The notes under the pieces: model-generated
The model's database searches: none
Told to the model about the DNA's origin: nothing
Seen by the model: only the letters and a program-made list of their open reading frames with translations
Part shown: in pieces, positions 1-11,838 of the stretch
Numbering within the stretch: the stretch's first letter is position 1
Layout of the letters: each line of letters opens with the position of its first letter
From: an uncultured bacterium
Lineage (GTDB): Bacteria > Hydrothermota > Hydrothermia > LBFQ01
Direction of reading: 5' to 3'
Assembly (NCBI GenBank): GCA_964473735.1
Contig: CAYYQD010000002.1
Coordinates: 4,966 to 68,965 of the forward strand
Length of the DNA stretch: 64,000 nucleotides
Translations under genes and position numbers: made by a program

Positions 1-855
1 GAGGTGCAGGTGATAGCGGATCACCACGGGAACGTACTGGTGTTAGGTGAGAGGGAGTGTTCCCTTCAGAGAAGGCACCAGAAGATACTGGAGGAGACCC
101 CGTCCGTAGCCTTAGACGAGGACCTCAGGAGGAGGTTGTACGACTACGCCCGGCGGATAGTTGAGGGGGTGGGATACACCAACGCGGGTACGGTTGAGTT
201 CCTGTACGACGAAGAGAGACGGGAGTTCTACTTCCTTGAGGTGAACGCCCGCCTACAGGTGGAGCACCCCATAACGGAGATGGTGACGGGTCTTGACCTC
301 GTGAGGCTCCAGATGGAGGTGGCCATGGGCAGGCCTCTACCCATCAAACAGGAGGATGTGGCGGTGCGGGGGCACGCGATTGAGGTACGCCTGTACGCCG
401 AGGATCCGGAGAGGGACTTCCTGCCATCATCCGGGAGGATAGAGGCTCTGGAGTTTCCCCACATGCCCGGCCTCCGCATAGACGCGGGGGTAATTGAGGG
501 TACGGAGGTGTCCCACCTCTACGACCCCATGGTGGCGAAGGTCATATCTTACGCCCCCGACAGGGAGCAGGCCCGCCGCAGGCTTATAGACGCCCTGAAA
601 CGTACCCTCATCTTCGGCCCGAAAACCAACCTACACTTCCTGATATACCTCCTTGAGAGCGACGAGTACGCGTCCGGAAGGACCTACACCCACACGGTCG
701 GAGGGATCTTAGGACGGTACCTGAACGAGGATTTCCAGCTCCCTGAAGATATACGGGAGTTCGTCCGCACTCTCCGTACGGTCCGAAGAGCGGAGGTATC
801 GGACATCGGGGAAGGGGACCTGTACAGGAGGGTTAGGCCCGCTATTTACCCGTGA
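1..855 (+). CDS. accC: Biotin carboxylase (acetyl-CoA carboxylase/pyruvate carboxylase subunit A), C-terminal part; 5'-truncated by the window edge
   Basis: The ORF track frame 4..855 has no start codon. The biotin carboxylase ATP-grasp motifs VIADHHGNVLVLGERECSLQRRHQKILEE and EFYFLEVNARLQVEHPITE are present. Confidence 0.85.
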   Translation, partial: EVQVIADHHGNVLVLGERECSLQRRHQKILEETPSVALDEDLRRRLYDYARRIVEGVGYTNAGTVEFLYDEERREFYFLEVNARLQVEHPITEMVTGLDLVRLQMEVAMGRPLPIKQEDVAVRGHAIEVRLYAEDPERDFLPSSGRIEALEFPHMPGLRIDAGVIEGTEVSHLYDPMVAKVISYAPDREQARRRLIDALKRTLIFGPKTNLHFLIYLLESDEYASGRTYTHTVGGILGRYLNEDFQLPEDIREFVRTLRTVRRAEVSDIGEGDLYRRVRPAIYP

Positions 856-2236
856 TTCGTTCGTGCTCCGCCTTCAGGATCTCAATCTTCAGGCTCCCTA
901 TAACCGACATGATGGTAGCCTGCTTCTCAAGGCTGCCGTGCTGTAGGCCTATGCGATAGGGCCTCGCCGGAAACTCTCCGTAGACCGGGTCCACCGGAAC
1001 CCATTTACCACCTATCCACGATACGTTCCACGCGTGGTAGTAGAAGCCGTCCCCCTGATACACCAACCCCACCATTATGTCCGTCGGTATGCCGGCGGCT
1101 CTGGATAGGGCAGCGTAGAGGGTGGCGTGCTCGTTGCAGTCTCCGTAGCGATCCTTGAGTACCTGCTTGGCCGTGGGTATGGTGACGGACCCTCTCTTCT
1201 CAAGGTTGCCGTACACCCACTCCATTATAGCCTTAGCCTTCTCAAGGTCCGTGCGCTTCCCCGCCGTTATCTCCTTCGCCAGAGAGCGGATTTCGGGGTC
1301 ATCAACCTCAAGGAACTGGGTGGGCTGAAGGTACCGCTTCAGGCTGTCCGGAGGTTTGGACGTGCTCCCTTTGAGAACTTTCGGGTAGGTTATATCAACC
1401 ACGAAGGTATCTCCACTCTCCTCAAGTACCTTCTGATTGGCGAAGTTCAAGGTCAGATCCCCCTTGAGAGGGTACATCCTGACCCGGAGATGCACGAGAG
1501 TGCTCAGGTCCCCTATAGGTTCTCCGGTAGGCCGCACGGCGTACAGGGAGAGAACGTTAAAGGGTTCAACGGGTGCCTTTGCCCTCTCCGGTGGTTCGGC
1601 CACTATGTCCATCTTGAGGGGCTGATTCTGAAGGAGGAGCCTACCGTCCTTCACGTGGGCACGCACCACTATGCCGTGGGCGTTCAACTTCCAGAGGGTA
1701 TCGCTCTCCCTTACGACCTCCGCGTCCATGAAGGAGGCGACCGAAGGGTCAAAATAGGAGTACTTCCCGTCCTTCAGGAGGCCAACGGCGGCGGAGAAGA
1801 CGAAGCTCTGGGGAGTAAGGAGTGGTCCGGATAAGTCGTACTGAAAACGTTGAGGTGACCCCTGAAGGGGCTTGTAGGTCACGTAGAACTTCCCGTCCTT
1901 TACCTCACCTCTGGCCTCAACCGTGGCGTCCTGAGTTGCCATGCTAAAGAACAACGTCCTTACGCCCCCGTCCTCACCCACCGTAGCCCTCTCTCTGGTG
2001 CGCATCTCCTTCACCAGACCCAACATTATGACCTTTATGTACATCTCCTCCGAGAAGTCCCACACCCCCCCCTTCCTGTAGGCCTTCATCTCCTCCCAGC
2101 CGGCCCTCTGGCCCAGCATATACACGCTCCCGATGAAATGAAAGTCCGGTTTCCGTTCAACCTCCGTCTTACCGCCTTCCCCTCCTGCTCCTCCGCAGGA
2201 TAGGATGAGGGGTAATAGCAAAAGCGCCCTCTTCAC
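842..2236 (-). CDS. Transglutaminase-like (Cys-His-Asp) domain lipoprotein
   Basis: The signal peptide carries a lipobox (LILSCGG). The C-terminal transglutaminase-like core reads GDCNEHATLYAALSRAAGIPTDIMVGLVY...YHAWN...VDP. Confidence 0.6.
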   Translation of the reverse strand: MKRALLLLPLILSCGGAGGEGGKTEVERKPDFHFIGSVYMLGQRAGWEEMKAYRKGGVWDFSEEMYIKVIMLGLVKEMRTRERATVGEDGGVRTLFFSMATQDATVEARGEVKDGKFYVTYKPLQGSPQRFQYDLSGPLLTPQSFVFSAAVGLLKDGKYSYFDPSVASFMDAEVVRESDTLWKLNAHGIVVRAHVKDGRLLLQNQPLKMDIVAEPPERAKAPVEPFNVLSLYAVRPTGEPIGDLSTLVHLRVRMYPLKGDLTLNFANQKVLEESGDTFVVDITYPKVLKGSTSKPPDSLKRYLQPTQFLEVDDPEIRSLAKEITAGKRTDLEKAKAIMEWVYGNLEKRGSVTIPTAKQVLKDRYGDCNEHATLYAALSRAAGIPTDIMVGLVYQGDGFYYHAWNVSWIGGKWVPVDPVYGEFPARPYRIGLQHGSLEKQATIMSVIGSLKIEILKAEHERITGK

Positions 2237-2390
2237 GTGGGCTATTCTAAAGGCGTCCCACTCAAGAACCCTGATGCGTTCTATCTATGCCCTACCGAAT
2301 TTGTCGGCATGGGTACCATTAGGGCTTTTAGGGCGAACGGTCAAAATATGGGACATTAGAAGGTGTTGCACTATCGGAAGGATGTAGTGG

Positions 2391-2432
2391 CAGTATCACT
2401 TTGGGTATGAAACTAAGGGAAGTGATACCGGT
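2391..2432 (-). repeat. Copy 1 of the ~40-bp intergenic inverted-repeat element (reverse orientation); divergent region between the transglutaminase-like gene and the helicase gene
   Basis: The + strand reads cagtatcactttgggtatgaaactaagggaagtgataccgg. Its reverse complement matches the consensus cGGTAYCACTTc-N6-TTTYRTACCCAAAGTGRTACC. Confidence 0.7.
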
Positions 2433-2578
2433 TAGCGTTCTACAATGACAACATCCCTGTACGATTACCATCTTACAGCGGCATTTCTGGCATCACAAAA
2501 CCGCGAAAACCCACCCGTACAGCGGTATGAACATAAAGCGCGAAGTAATACCGCACCCGCACCGTTTAGAATCCACGG

Positions 2579-4591
2579 ATGCATTTTAAATCTTACAGGG
2601 AGTACTACGACTTCTTCCGTCGCCTCGTACTGCTTGAGAGAGAGGCCGAGATAGAGTTCCACAGACAGGAGATAAGGAGACTTCCGGGATGGAAGAGGGA
2701 GAGGTTAGGCAGGGCGATCCTGAATCTGCGGGGGAAGCTGGTGGGCAGAGGGTTGGGGGGTACCTATCTGGTGAAGTACGTCCGTCAGGGTGGCCTGCCC
2801 GACACCGAGATAAAGGTGGGGGATCTGGTCATAGTTAGCCGGGGAAAGCCGAGGGGAAACGAGGTGCAGGGTACGGTGGTAGAGAAGACCCGATTCTCCA
2901 TAACCGTAGCCTACGACAGACATCCACCCGACTACGCTTTGGGCAAGGGTGTCCGTATGGACCTCTTCGCCAACGACGTAACCTTCCAGAGGATGTTAGA
3001 CGCCCTCAAGTCCCTGAAGGATAATCCGGACCTACTGAGTCTGCTTCTGGGTAAGGCGAAGCCCAGCGTATCCGAGGAGGACGTACCCCTTAAGAATGCG
3101 GCCCTGAACGGAAGTCAGAGGGCGGCCGTCAGGAAGGCCGTAGGCTCCCGGCCCGTCTTCCTCATCCACGGGCCACCGGGAACGGGTAAGACCACCACCG
3201 TAGTTGAGGCCATATACCAGTACGTCCGGAAGGGGTTGAAGGTCCTCGCCACGGCGGACTCCAACGTGGCCACGGATAACATGGTTGAGAGGCTGGCCAG
3301 CTACGGCGTGAAGGTCGTGAGGGTGGGGAACCCCTCCCGCATAACTAAAGCGGTCGTGGAGCACTCCCTTCCCCACCTTCTCCAGTACGACGAGGACTAC
3401 AGGAGGGCCCTGAAGATATACGAAGAGGTGGATCGGCTCAGGGAGGAGCAGAAGGGATATCTGGCCCCCAGCCCGAGGTGGAGGAGGGGCCTATCCGACG
3501 AGCAGATATTACGGTTCGCGGAGACGGGGACACCCGTCCGTGGGGTCCCGCCCAACGCCATAAGACGGATGGCCGCATGGATAAAGGTCCAGCAGCGCAT
3601 AAACGCCCTTATGGACAGGGCCAAGAGGTACGAGGCCATAGCCATAGAGAGGGTCCTTAGAAACGCGGAGGTCGTATGCTCTACCAACTCCTCCGCCGGA
3701 GGGGAGGTACTCGCCCACTTCACCTTTGACGTGGTGTTTATAGACGAGGCCACGCAATCCACCGAGCCCTCCTGCCTGATCCCCATGGTCAAGGGGAGGA
3801 TGTGGGTGATGGCGGGGGACCACAAACAGCTTCCCCCTACCATACTCAGCGAGGAGGCGGCTAAGCACCTACAGAGGACCCTGTTTGAGAGGCTCCTTCG
3901 GGTCTACGGGGACGGTATAAAGGAGATGCTCCGGGTACAGTACAGGATGAACAGGGTGATAATGGAGTTCCCGAGTAAGACCTTTTACGATGGGAAGCTG
4001 GTGGCCCACGAGAGCGTCGCCCACCGTACGCTGGCAGACTTAGGCATAACCCCGGAGAGGGTCCGAAACCTTCCCCACCCCCTGTCCGTGGTTCTGGATC
4101 CGGACAGACCCGTCGTATTCGCCGACACCCTGGGTAGGTCTCCGGAGAGGCAGAGGAAGGGCTCCACCTCCTACTACAACGAAGGGGAGGCCCGGTTCGT
4201 CCTCGCCGTGGTCAAGGCCCTCCTGAGTCTGGGTATAGGACCAACGGATGTGGGCGTGATCTCCCCGTACGACGACCAGATAGACCTCCTTAAGAGGGCC
4301 TTTCGGGAGGGAGGGATACCGGAGGATGTTGAGGTGAAGACGGTGGATGGGTTTCAGGGGAGGGAGAAGGAGGTGATAGTGGTGTCCTTCGTCAGGTCCA
4401 ACGGTAGGGGGGAGATAGGTTTCCTGAACGACGTCCGTCGCCTCAACGTAGCCATAACCCGTCCCAGAAGGAAGCTCATAACCGTGGGAGACTCCACCAC
4501 CTTGAGAGTACATCCGCTCTACCGCGATTTCCTTGAGTACGTTAAAAGGGTTGGAGGATACGTGCAACTTCTACCTTCAGCGGGGATTTAG
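2579..4591 (+). CDS. Superfamily-1 Upf1/IGHMBP2-like (DNA2/NAM7 family) helicase with an N-terminal beta-rich extension
   Basis: Walker A is GPPGTGKT, the DEAT-like box is FIDEATQ, and a C-terminal AAA_12-like region reads VDGFQGREKEVIVVSFVRSN...LNVAITRPRRKL. The protein is 670 aa. Confidence 0.75.
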   Translation: MHFKSYREYYDFFRRLVLLEREAEIEFHRQEIRRLPGWKRERLGRAILNLRGKLVGRGLGGTYLVKYVRQGGLPDTEIKVGDLVIVSRGKPRGNEVQGTVVEKTRFSITVAYDRHPPDYALGKGVRMDLFANDVTFQRMLDALKSLKDNPDLLSLLLGKAKPSVSEEDVPLKNAALNGSQRAAVRKAVGSRPVFLIHGPPGTGKTTTVVEAIYQYVRKGLKVLATADSNVATDNMVERLASYGVKVVRVGNPSRITKAVVEHSLPHLLQYDEDYRRALKIYEEVDRLREEQKGYLAPSPRWRRGLSDEQILRFAETGTPVRGVPPNAIRRMAAWIKVQQRINALMDRAKRYEAIAIERVLRNAEVVCSTNSSAGGEVLAHFTFDVVFIDEATQSTEPSCLIPMVKGRMWVMAGDHKQLPPTILSEEAAKHLQRTLFERLLRVYGDGIKEMLRVQYRMNRVIMEFPSKTFYDGKLVAHESVAHRTLADLGITPERVRNLPHPLSVVLDPDRPVVFADTLGRSPERQRKGSTSYYNEGEARFVLAVVKALLSLGIGPTDVGVISPYDDQIDLLKRAFREGGIPEDVEVKTVDGFQGREKEVIVVSFVRSNGRGEIGFLNDVRRLNVAITRPRRKLITVGDSTTLRVHPLYRDFLEYVKRVGGYVQLLPSAGI

Positions 4592-4801
4592 CGTCGCGAG
4601 GCCCCCCTTCCCTCAAAGGAGGTTCTGCTATGCCGTTATAAACGGGCTGAAGGAGGTATGGAGAAATTGCCCGGGGGACCGGAGAAGGGATACGTAGAAC
4701 CACAGGGTATGGACGCAAGGGAGCGGAAGGGGATCCGGGCCCCGAACAACCCATCCCCCTTAACGGGACAAACCCGCTGCCGCGGTGGTTAAACTGGAGG
4801 G

Positions 4802-5401
4802 CTATATGCCCATTAGAGAGTACATCAGGATATTGATGCCCATGCGTACGGCCTTCTCGCGGATGTCCGGGGCATCACCGTACCTGTCGGTCCATCCGTC
4901 CGATACGTTGGAGTTCCACGTGTAAAGCAGAACGAGACGGCCCTTAACGAATATGCCGTAGGCTTTTGGAGGCCCGGGATAATGCTCATGCACCTTGGGG
5001 AGGGGTTGATCGTAGAAGATGTGGAATATGGGGTGCTCCGGGGGTATCTCAACGAGGTCGTACTCCGGAAAGACCTTCTTTATCTCCCTGCGGAAGTACT
5101 TGTCAAGGCCGTAGTCGTCGTCTACGTATAGGAATCCCCCGTTCATGAGGTACCTCCGTAGATTGCGGGCGTCGGCTTCGGAGAAGACCACGTTCCCGTG
5201 TCCCGTCATAAAGAGGATAGGATACTCGTATATCTCCGGGGACGAAGGCCTCACGCTGTAGGGCAACGTGTCAAACACCGGGGATACCCTGCTGTTGAAG
5301 GCCTTCGTTATGTTGGGTAGAATCTCCGGGTCGTTGTACCAATCCCCCCCACCTTCGTACTGCAGGCGGGCTATCTTGAGTAGGGCGAGGAGGATTAGCA
5401 T
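4802..5401 (-). CDS. Hypothetical protein (possibly DUF4159-like)
   Basis: This is a 199-aa ORF with genome-typical codon usage, abutting the next gene at 5402. There is no recognisable catalytic motif and the family assignment is from memory only. Confidence 0.4.
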   Translation of the reverse strand: MLILLALLKIARLQYEGGGDWYNDPEILPNITKAFNSRVSPVFDTLPYSVRPSSPEIYEYPILFMTGHGNVVFSEADARNLRRYLMNGGFLYVDDDYGLDKYFRREIKKVFPEYDLVEIPPEHPIFHIFYDQPLPKVHEHYPGPPKAYGIFVKGRLVLLYTWNSNVSDGWTDRYGDAPDIREKAVRMGINILMYSLMGI

Positions 5402-5839
5402 TTACTTGAGCTCTATCACTATACGGTTCCCTTCCACCTTCGTCCTGGTCTTCCTGCCCATCACCTCGCCTATAAAACCCTCGGCTGCACCTACCAAAGG
5501 CCTGAGGGCCACGTCCGGTTTCTTGTGGGCTTTCAGAAGGAAGCTATCCTTAACTTCCATGACGATCTCGGAGCCCCCTACCTGGACCTCTATATCTCCG
5601 AATCCGGCCTTCCGGAAGAACTCCTCCACGAGCTCCTTCAGGTTTGATGCCGCCTCGGACTCGGATATGTAAGGGGATAGGGCCTTTGCCGCGCTGACGC
5701 CCGCCTTCTTGGAGCCGGCCTGAAGGAGACCGGCCAGACCTCCGGCGAACTTCAGAATCTGGGCGTACACCTCCACCACAAAATCCTTAGGGAGGATCAC
5801 ACCCTCGTTCTTGAGGAAATCGTCCAGTTTCTCCGTCAT
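5402..5839 (-). CDS. Hypothetical protein, partner of the roadblock/LC7 gene
   Basis: This 145-aa ORF lies 11 nt downstream of the roadblock gene on the same strand. There is no P-loop, so it is not an MglA-type GTPase. Confidence 0.4.
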   Translation of the reverse strand: MTEKLDDFLKNEGVILPKDFVVEVYAQILKFAGGLAGLLQAGSKKAGVSAAKALSPYISESEAASNLKELVEEFFRKAGFGDIEVQVGGSEIVMEVKDSFLLKAHKKPDVALRPLVGAAEGFIGEVMGRKTRTKVEGNRIVIELK

Positions 5840-5850
5840 ACTTCCCCCTC

Positions 5851-6219
5851 CTACGAGAACATCTGGGCTATCTTCTTACTCTGTTTGCGCATCTCCATGA
5901 ACAGCGTGCCGAGCTTGGTGTCGGCCGTGGCGATGAAGCCTATATAGACACTCCCTGACCTGCTGACTAAGATGGAGTACTCCTTACCCTGCGTGAAGAC
6001 CAGATGGGCGCCACTGTCTCCGAACTCACGCAGGACGTTCTCCATCATGGCCATGGCCGAGGATATGAGACCGCTTATCACTATGGGGTCCTCCATCTCC
6101 CACGCCTTGGAGAACGAGTAGCCTATAGGGAGTCCATCCTCGCTTATCACTATGGCCCCCAACAGGGTGGGGACGAACCTCCTCACGTCCTCAACGATGC
6201 TCTGGAGTTCATCTACCAT
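5851..6219 (-). CDS. Roadblock/LC7 (MglB-like) domain protein
   Basis: The protein is 122 aa with a pattern typical of roadblock/LC7 family proteins (LLGAIVISEDGLPIGYSFS...LISSAMAMMENVLREFG). Confidence 0.6.
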   Translation of the reverse strand: MVDELQSIVEDVRRFVPTLLGAIVISEDGLPIGYSFSKAWEMEDPIVISGLISSAMAMMENVLREFGDSGAHLVFTQGKEYSILVSRSGSVYIGFIATADTKLGTLFMEMRKQSKKIAQMFS

Positions 6220-6934
6220 ATCACTTCTATTCTAAAGGGGTACCGTGCTTCGGTGTAGCCTTTTCCGTGCCAAACTGTACGAAGAGGACGGAGAACCCCG
6301 ACAGAAATATAACGAATATCGTACCGGACTATCCGGAAGACGCATCGTTTGGGGAAATACCTTATAGACGAGTACCGTACGCTCGCCTTCCTTCCGTCCC
6401 TAAAATACGCTCTCAGGGGTAGGTGGTTGGCACCGGAGGTGGCGGCACGCTCCCTTCCCCCATTTATGGGTGGAGACGAGAGCACGTCTTAATAGAGTGG
6501 GAGTACGCTGACGATTGGTAGGATCTGGAGGATATAGGTGGCAGTGACCTCTTTGCCCTCGTCAAAGGGAGCAGGCTCATCTACATAGGGGCCTTCCGAT
6601 CGGATGAGGTGGTTAAGGAGGTGGAGGAGGTGCTGGAGAGGATCGGGGAGAGAAGGGAGGACGTCCAGCTCTGGGCGGGTGATATAGAATCCTACCCGTC
6701 CTCCCTGGCGGGGGACAGAGATAGACGGATGCGGGAGGTCCTGTGTGCTCTAATCTTCAGCCTTATGCCCCCCCACAACACGCACTGCATAGATAGGTAC
6801 GAGGGTAGAAAGGGGTTCGTCATTCGCAACCGGGGGTGTCCCTACATAAAGGGAAGGGTAAAGGCCGGCCTGAGGTAAATCGCGCAACGTTGCACGTCCA
6901 ATGTGGTGGGGGTGAAAGGGTGGCCTTGAGGTAA

Positions 6935-8912
<1,978 letters not shown>

Positions 8913-8918
8913 TAGCCT

Positions 8919-9890
8919 CTACTTAAACTCCGGCGCCCTCCATCTGGCCTTCCATATCTGGGAGTTCCCGGAACGTGTGGAGGTCCATAGCAGGTACTTG
9001 CCGTCCCATGAAAAGGTGGGCAGAAGGTCGGACCCCTCCTCGCTGTTGGTTATCTGGACGAGGTGCTTCCCGGAGGTGTCCATGACGAAGAGGTGAAACC
9101 TCCTGCCCATCTTACCGGTTTTGGGGTCGTAGTTTGATGAGAATACGAAGTACTTACCCGATGGGTGGAAGTAGGGGGCCCAGGATAGGGCGTTCAGGTG
9201 GGTGATCTGTTTTTCCCGTCGCTTCTCAAGGTCGTAGATGTAGATCTCGGCTACCCTCGGATGTTTGGGATCCCTGAAGCTTCGGTATATGACCTTTTTA
9301 CAGTCGGGGGAGAAGAAGGGCCCACCATCGTAGCCGGGGCTGTGCGTTATCTGTATCTCCTCTCCGGTCTTCAGATTTTTAACCCAGACCTCAAGGTCCC
9401 CCGTCTTCTGGGACGTCCATACGAAGAGGTCGGGATTGGAGGGGCAGAAGCTCCCCTCGGCATCGTACCCGGGGTAAGATATGAGTTTTTTCAGGATGCG
9501 ACCGCTGGTGTCGGCTAAGTATATGTCCATCCCCCTGTCAAAGGACCACCTGTACTTTCCCTTTTTACGGGGTTCCTCCTTCCACGTCGTGGTATCCTCG
9601 TGGGTGGAGGCGTATATCAGGTAGGGGGGATTGGGAAAGCTGGGATGGAAGAAGGAGCAGGTCGTCTTACCCTTGCCCGGGGAGATCTGCTTTACGTGGC
9701 TCCCGTCCGACCGCATTATGTATATGCGGTAGTGCGACTTCCCGGGTGGGATCCCCTGAAAGGAGATGTACCTGCCGTCCGGAGAAAAGTAAGCCTCTCC
9801 GTTCTCCCCCTCGTGGGTGAGCTGGACGGGGTCTATGAGGTACTTCCTCTCCAGGGGGGTGAAGGAAACGGCCGTTATTGTCCAGAGCAT
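8919..9890 (-). CDS. TolB-like WD40/PD40 beta-propeller repeat protein
   Basis: Repeated PD40-like motifs are present (FSPDGRYISF, FFSPDCKKVIY, WAPYFHPSGKYFVF, FSWDGKYLLW). Confidence 0.65.
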   Translation of the reverse strand: MLWTITAVSFTPLERKYLIDPVQLTHEGENGEAYFSPDGRYISFQGIPPGKSHYRIYIMRSDGSHVKQISPGKGKTTCSFFHPSFPNPPYLIYASTHEDTTTWKEEPRKKGKYRWSFDRGMDIYLADTSGRILKKLISYPGYDAEGSFCPSNPDLFVWTSQKTGDLEVWVKNLKTGEEIQITHSPGYDGGPFFSPDCKKVIYRSFRDPKHPRVAEIYIYDLEKRREKQITHLNALSWAPYFHPSGKYFVFSSNYDPKTGKMGRRFHLFVMDTSGKHLVQITNSEEGSDLLPTFSWDGKYLLWTSTRSGNSQIWKARWRAPEFK

Positions 9891-9913
9891 GAGAGGGTAT
9901 TCTACCGCCGGAT

Positions 9914-10903
9914 TTAAGTTCCCTCAAGGTACCTGCGGGTCTTCTCAAGGAGGTGGTGGTTGTGAAGGGTACGGGCCACCAGTATGGCGTTGTGTATGGC
10001 CCGGGCCGAGGACCTGCCGTGCGCTATGATAACTATACCGTTCACTCCGATGAGGGGAGCACCACCGTACTCCTCAAAGTCTGCCTTCTTCTTAACGGCC
10101 TTGAAGGCCGGTTTCATGAGCATGGCCCCGAAGAGGGCCCTCGGGTTGTTCTTGACCTCCCTCTTTATGAACTCCAGTATGGTTGATAGGATACTCTCAC
10201 CGAACTTCAGGAGCACGTTTCCGACGAAGCCGTCCATGACTATGACGTCGGCCTTATCCATGAGTATCTCGTGCCCCTCCACGTACCCGACGAACCTGTA
10301 GTGGGAGTCCATGATCTCAAGTTTTCTCCTCGCCTGTACTATGACGTCTCCCCCCTTTCCCTCCTCCTCCCCTATGTTGAGTAGGGCCAGTCTGGGGTGC
10401 CTGTGGAACAGGGCGTTGTAGAAGGCCGCCCCCATGATTCCGAACTGGACGAGCATGTCAGAGGATACGTGGATGTTGGCCCCCATGTCAAGTACGAGGG
10501 TACGGCCCTCGTTTATGTTCGGGAACAGGGCCCCTATGGCCGGACGACGCACCCCCTTTATACGGCCCAACTTGCGGAGGGCGTAGGCCATCACCGCCCC
10601 GGTGTTGCCAGCGGAGATGAAGGCGTCGGCCTCTCCGCTACGGACCAGCTCCATAGCGACGGCCATAGAGGAGTTGGGCCTCTTTTTCAACACCTCCGAG
10701 GGTTTGTCGTGATGATAGACCACTTCCGGGGCGTGCACTATTGAGAGGCGGGGATGGGTCTGGGGGAGGTTCTCCCTTATACGCCTCTCATCGCCCACCA
10801 AAACGACCTCAATATCCCTCTCCTCCTCAAGGACCTTCAGGGCCCCCCTGATCTCGGGGAGGGGGGCGTCATCCGTACCGAAGGCGTCTAAGGCTACACG
10901 CAT
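9914..10903 (-). CDS. plsX: Phosphate acyltransferase PlsX
   Basis: The N-terminus reads MRVALDAFGTDDAP and the length is 329 aa. The gene lies immediately downstream of rpmF, which is the conserved rpmF-plsX arrangement. Confidence 0.85.
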   Translation of the reverse strand: MRVALDAFGTDDAPLPEIRGALKVLEEERDIEVVLVGDERRIRENLPQTHPRLSIVHAPEVVYHHDKPSEVLKKRPNSSMAVAMELVRSGEADAFISAGNTGAVMAYALRKLGRIKGVRRPAIGALFPNINEGRTLVLDMGANIHVSSDMLVQFGIMGAAFYNALFHRHPRLALLNIGEEEGKGGDVIVQARRKLEIMDSHYRFVGYVEGHEILMDKADVIVMDGFVGNVLLKFGESILSTILEFIKREVKNNPRALFGAMLMKPAFKAVKKKADFEEYGGAPLIGVNGIVIIAHGRSSARAIHNAILVARTLHNHHLLEKTRRYLEGT

Positions 10904-11085
10904 TACCGTGTTTCAACTACGATGGCCACCCTCCCCTTGTAGTACCCGCAGTGGGGACACGCGAAGTGGGGTGGCTTCGGCTTACCACAGGAAGGGCACG
11001 TTGACAGCGCAGGTTTCCGTACCTTCCAATGGGTCCTTCTCTTTCTTCCCCTCGTGGCTGACTGCCTTCTCCTCGGTGAAGTCAT
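10903..11085 (-). CDS. rpmF: 50S ribosomal protein L32
   Basis: The protein is 60 aa with PRRRQS...RKRR and a CPSCG...CPHCGYYKGR zinc ribbon. It overlaps the plsX start by 1 nt. Confidence 0.8.
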   Translation of the reverse strand: MTSPRRRQSATRGRKRRTHWKVRKPALSTCPSCGKPKPPHFACPHCGYYKGRVAIVVETR

Positions 11086-11099
11086 CCTTTACCTCCTTT

Positions 11100-11771
11100 C
11101 TACTTCGTCAAAGCTACGGCTTCCCTTATCTTCTCGGCAAAGAAGGGCTCGGGGTAAGCCCCCTCAAACTCAACTATGTCGTTTATGACGATCTTAGGCA
11201 CGGCGTGGACGTGGTACTGGTCGGCCCACTGGGGGTACTCCAGAGCCTCTATCATGTAGCCCCTGATGTGGGGGTTGGCGACGGCGAACCTGTGGGAGGT
11301 CAGTACCGCCCTCGGGCAATAGGGACACGTTGGGGTCACGAATACGTATATGAGCACGTCCTTGTCTATATCTTTGATCTGCTCCTCTATCTCGGGGGAA
11401 AGACCCGAGCGCCCGGTTGAAGCGAGGACTATGCTCTCTATGAAGGCGGAGAACTCGTACCCGGCGGGGATGCCGAAGTACCTCATCCCGAAGTCTATCG
11501 GTTCCCCGTCTTCCTGTTTCTGGAGGATGGCCAGGGCGGGAGCGTCGTGGATGGCGTACTTCTCGGCCTCGGCCTTGTCCGTGACGACGTTCTTGACCAC
11601 CACCTCTATCTTATCGGAGATCTCGGCCACCTCCTTAAGGAGCTTTTCCTCATCCTCGCAGTAATCACACCCTATGTTCTTCTTAAAAAACAGAAGAACG
11701 ACGGGCTTCTCAAGCTCCGACGCAAACTTTTGGCGCAAATACTCCTTATCTTCTTCCCTTAGAAAACCCAT
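11100..11771 (-). CDS. Glutaredoxin-like protein disulfide oxidoreductase (two thioredoxin-fold units)
   Basis: Two CxxC motifs (CDYC and CPYC) sit in a ~220-aa protein, like thermophile PDO/glutaredoxin-like proteins. Confidence 0.6.
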   Translation of the reverse strand: MGFLREEDKEYLRQKFASELEKPVVLLFFKKNIGCDYCEDEEKLLKEVAEISDKIEVVVKNVVTDKAEAEKYAIHDAPALAILQKQEDGEPIDFGMRYFGIPAGYEFSAFIESIVLASTGRSGLSPEIEEQIKDIDKDVLIYVFVTPTCPYCPRAVLTSHRFAVANPHIRGYMIEALEYPQWADQYHVHAVPKIVINDIVEFEGAYPEPFFAEKIREAVALTK

Positions 11772-11838
11772 AGCGCCCGCTATTATACTGTTGAAACGTA
11801 CCCGACTGCAGAGGACCCCCCACCTTTAAGATAACGGG

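Noticed and set aside
1127-1834. 235-aa plus-strand ORF inside the transglutaminase-like gene (also 1437-1625)
   Set aside because: It is antisense to an ORF with a clear signal peptide and Cys-His-Asp core, and it shows no motif or start context.
6609-6878. 89-aa GTG-initiated ORF in the large gap upstream of tgt (and the minus-strand ORF 6213-6485)
   Set aside because: It is dominated by GAG/AGG repeats (VEEVLERIGERRED) and has no good RBS. It could be a small Cys-containing protein (HCID…RGCPY), but the evidence is insufficient.
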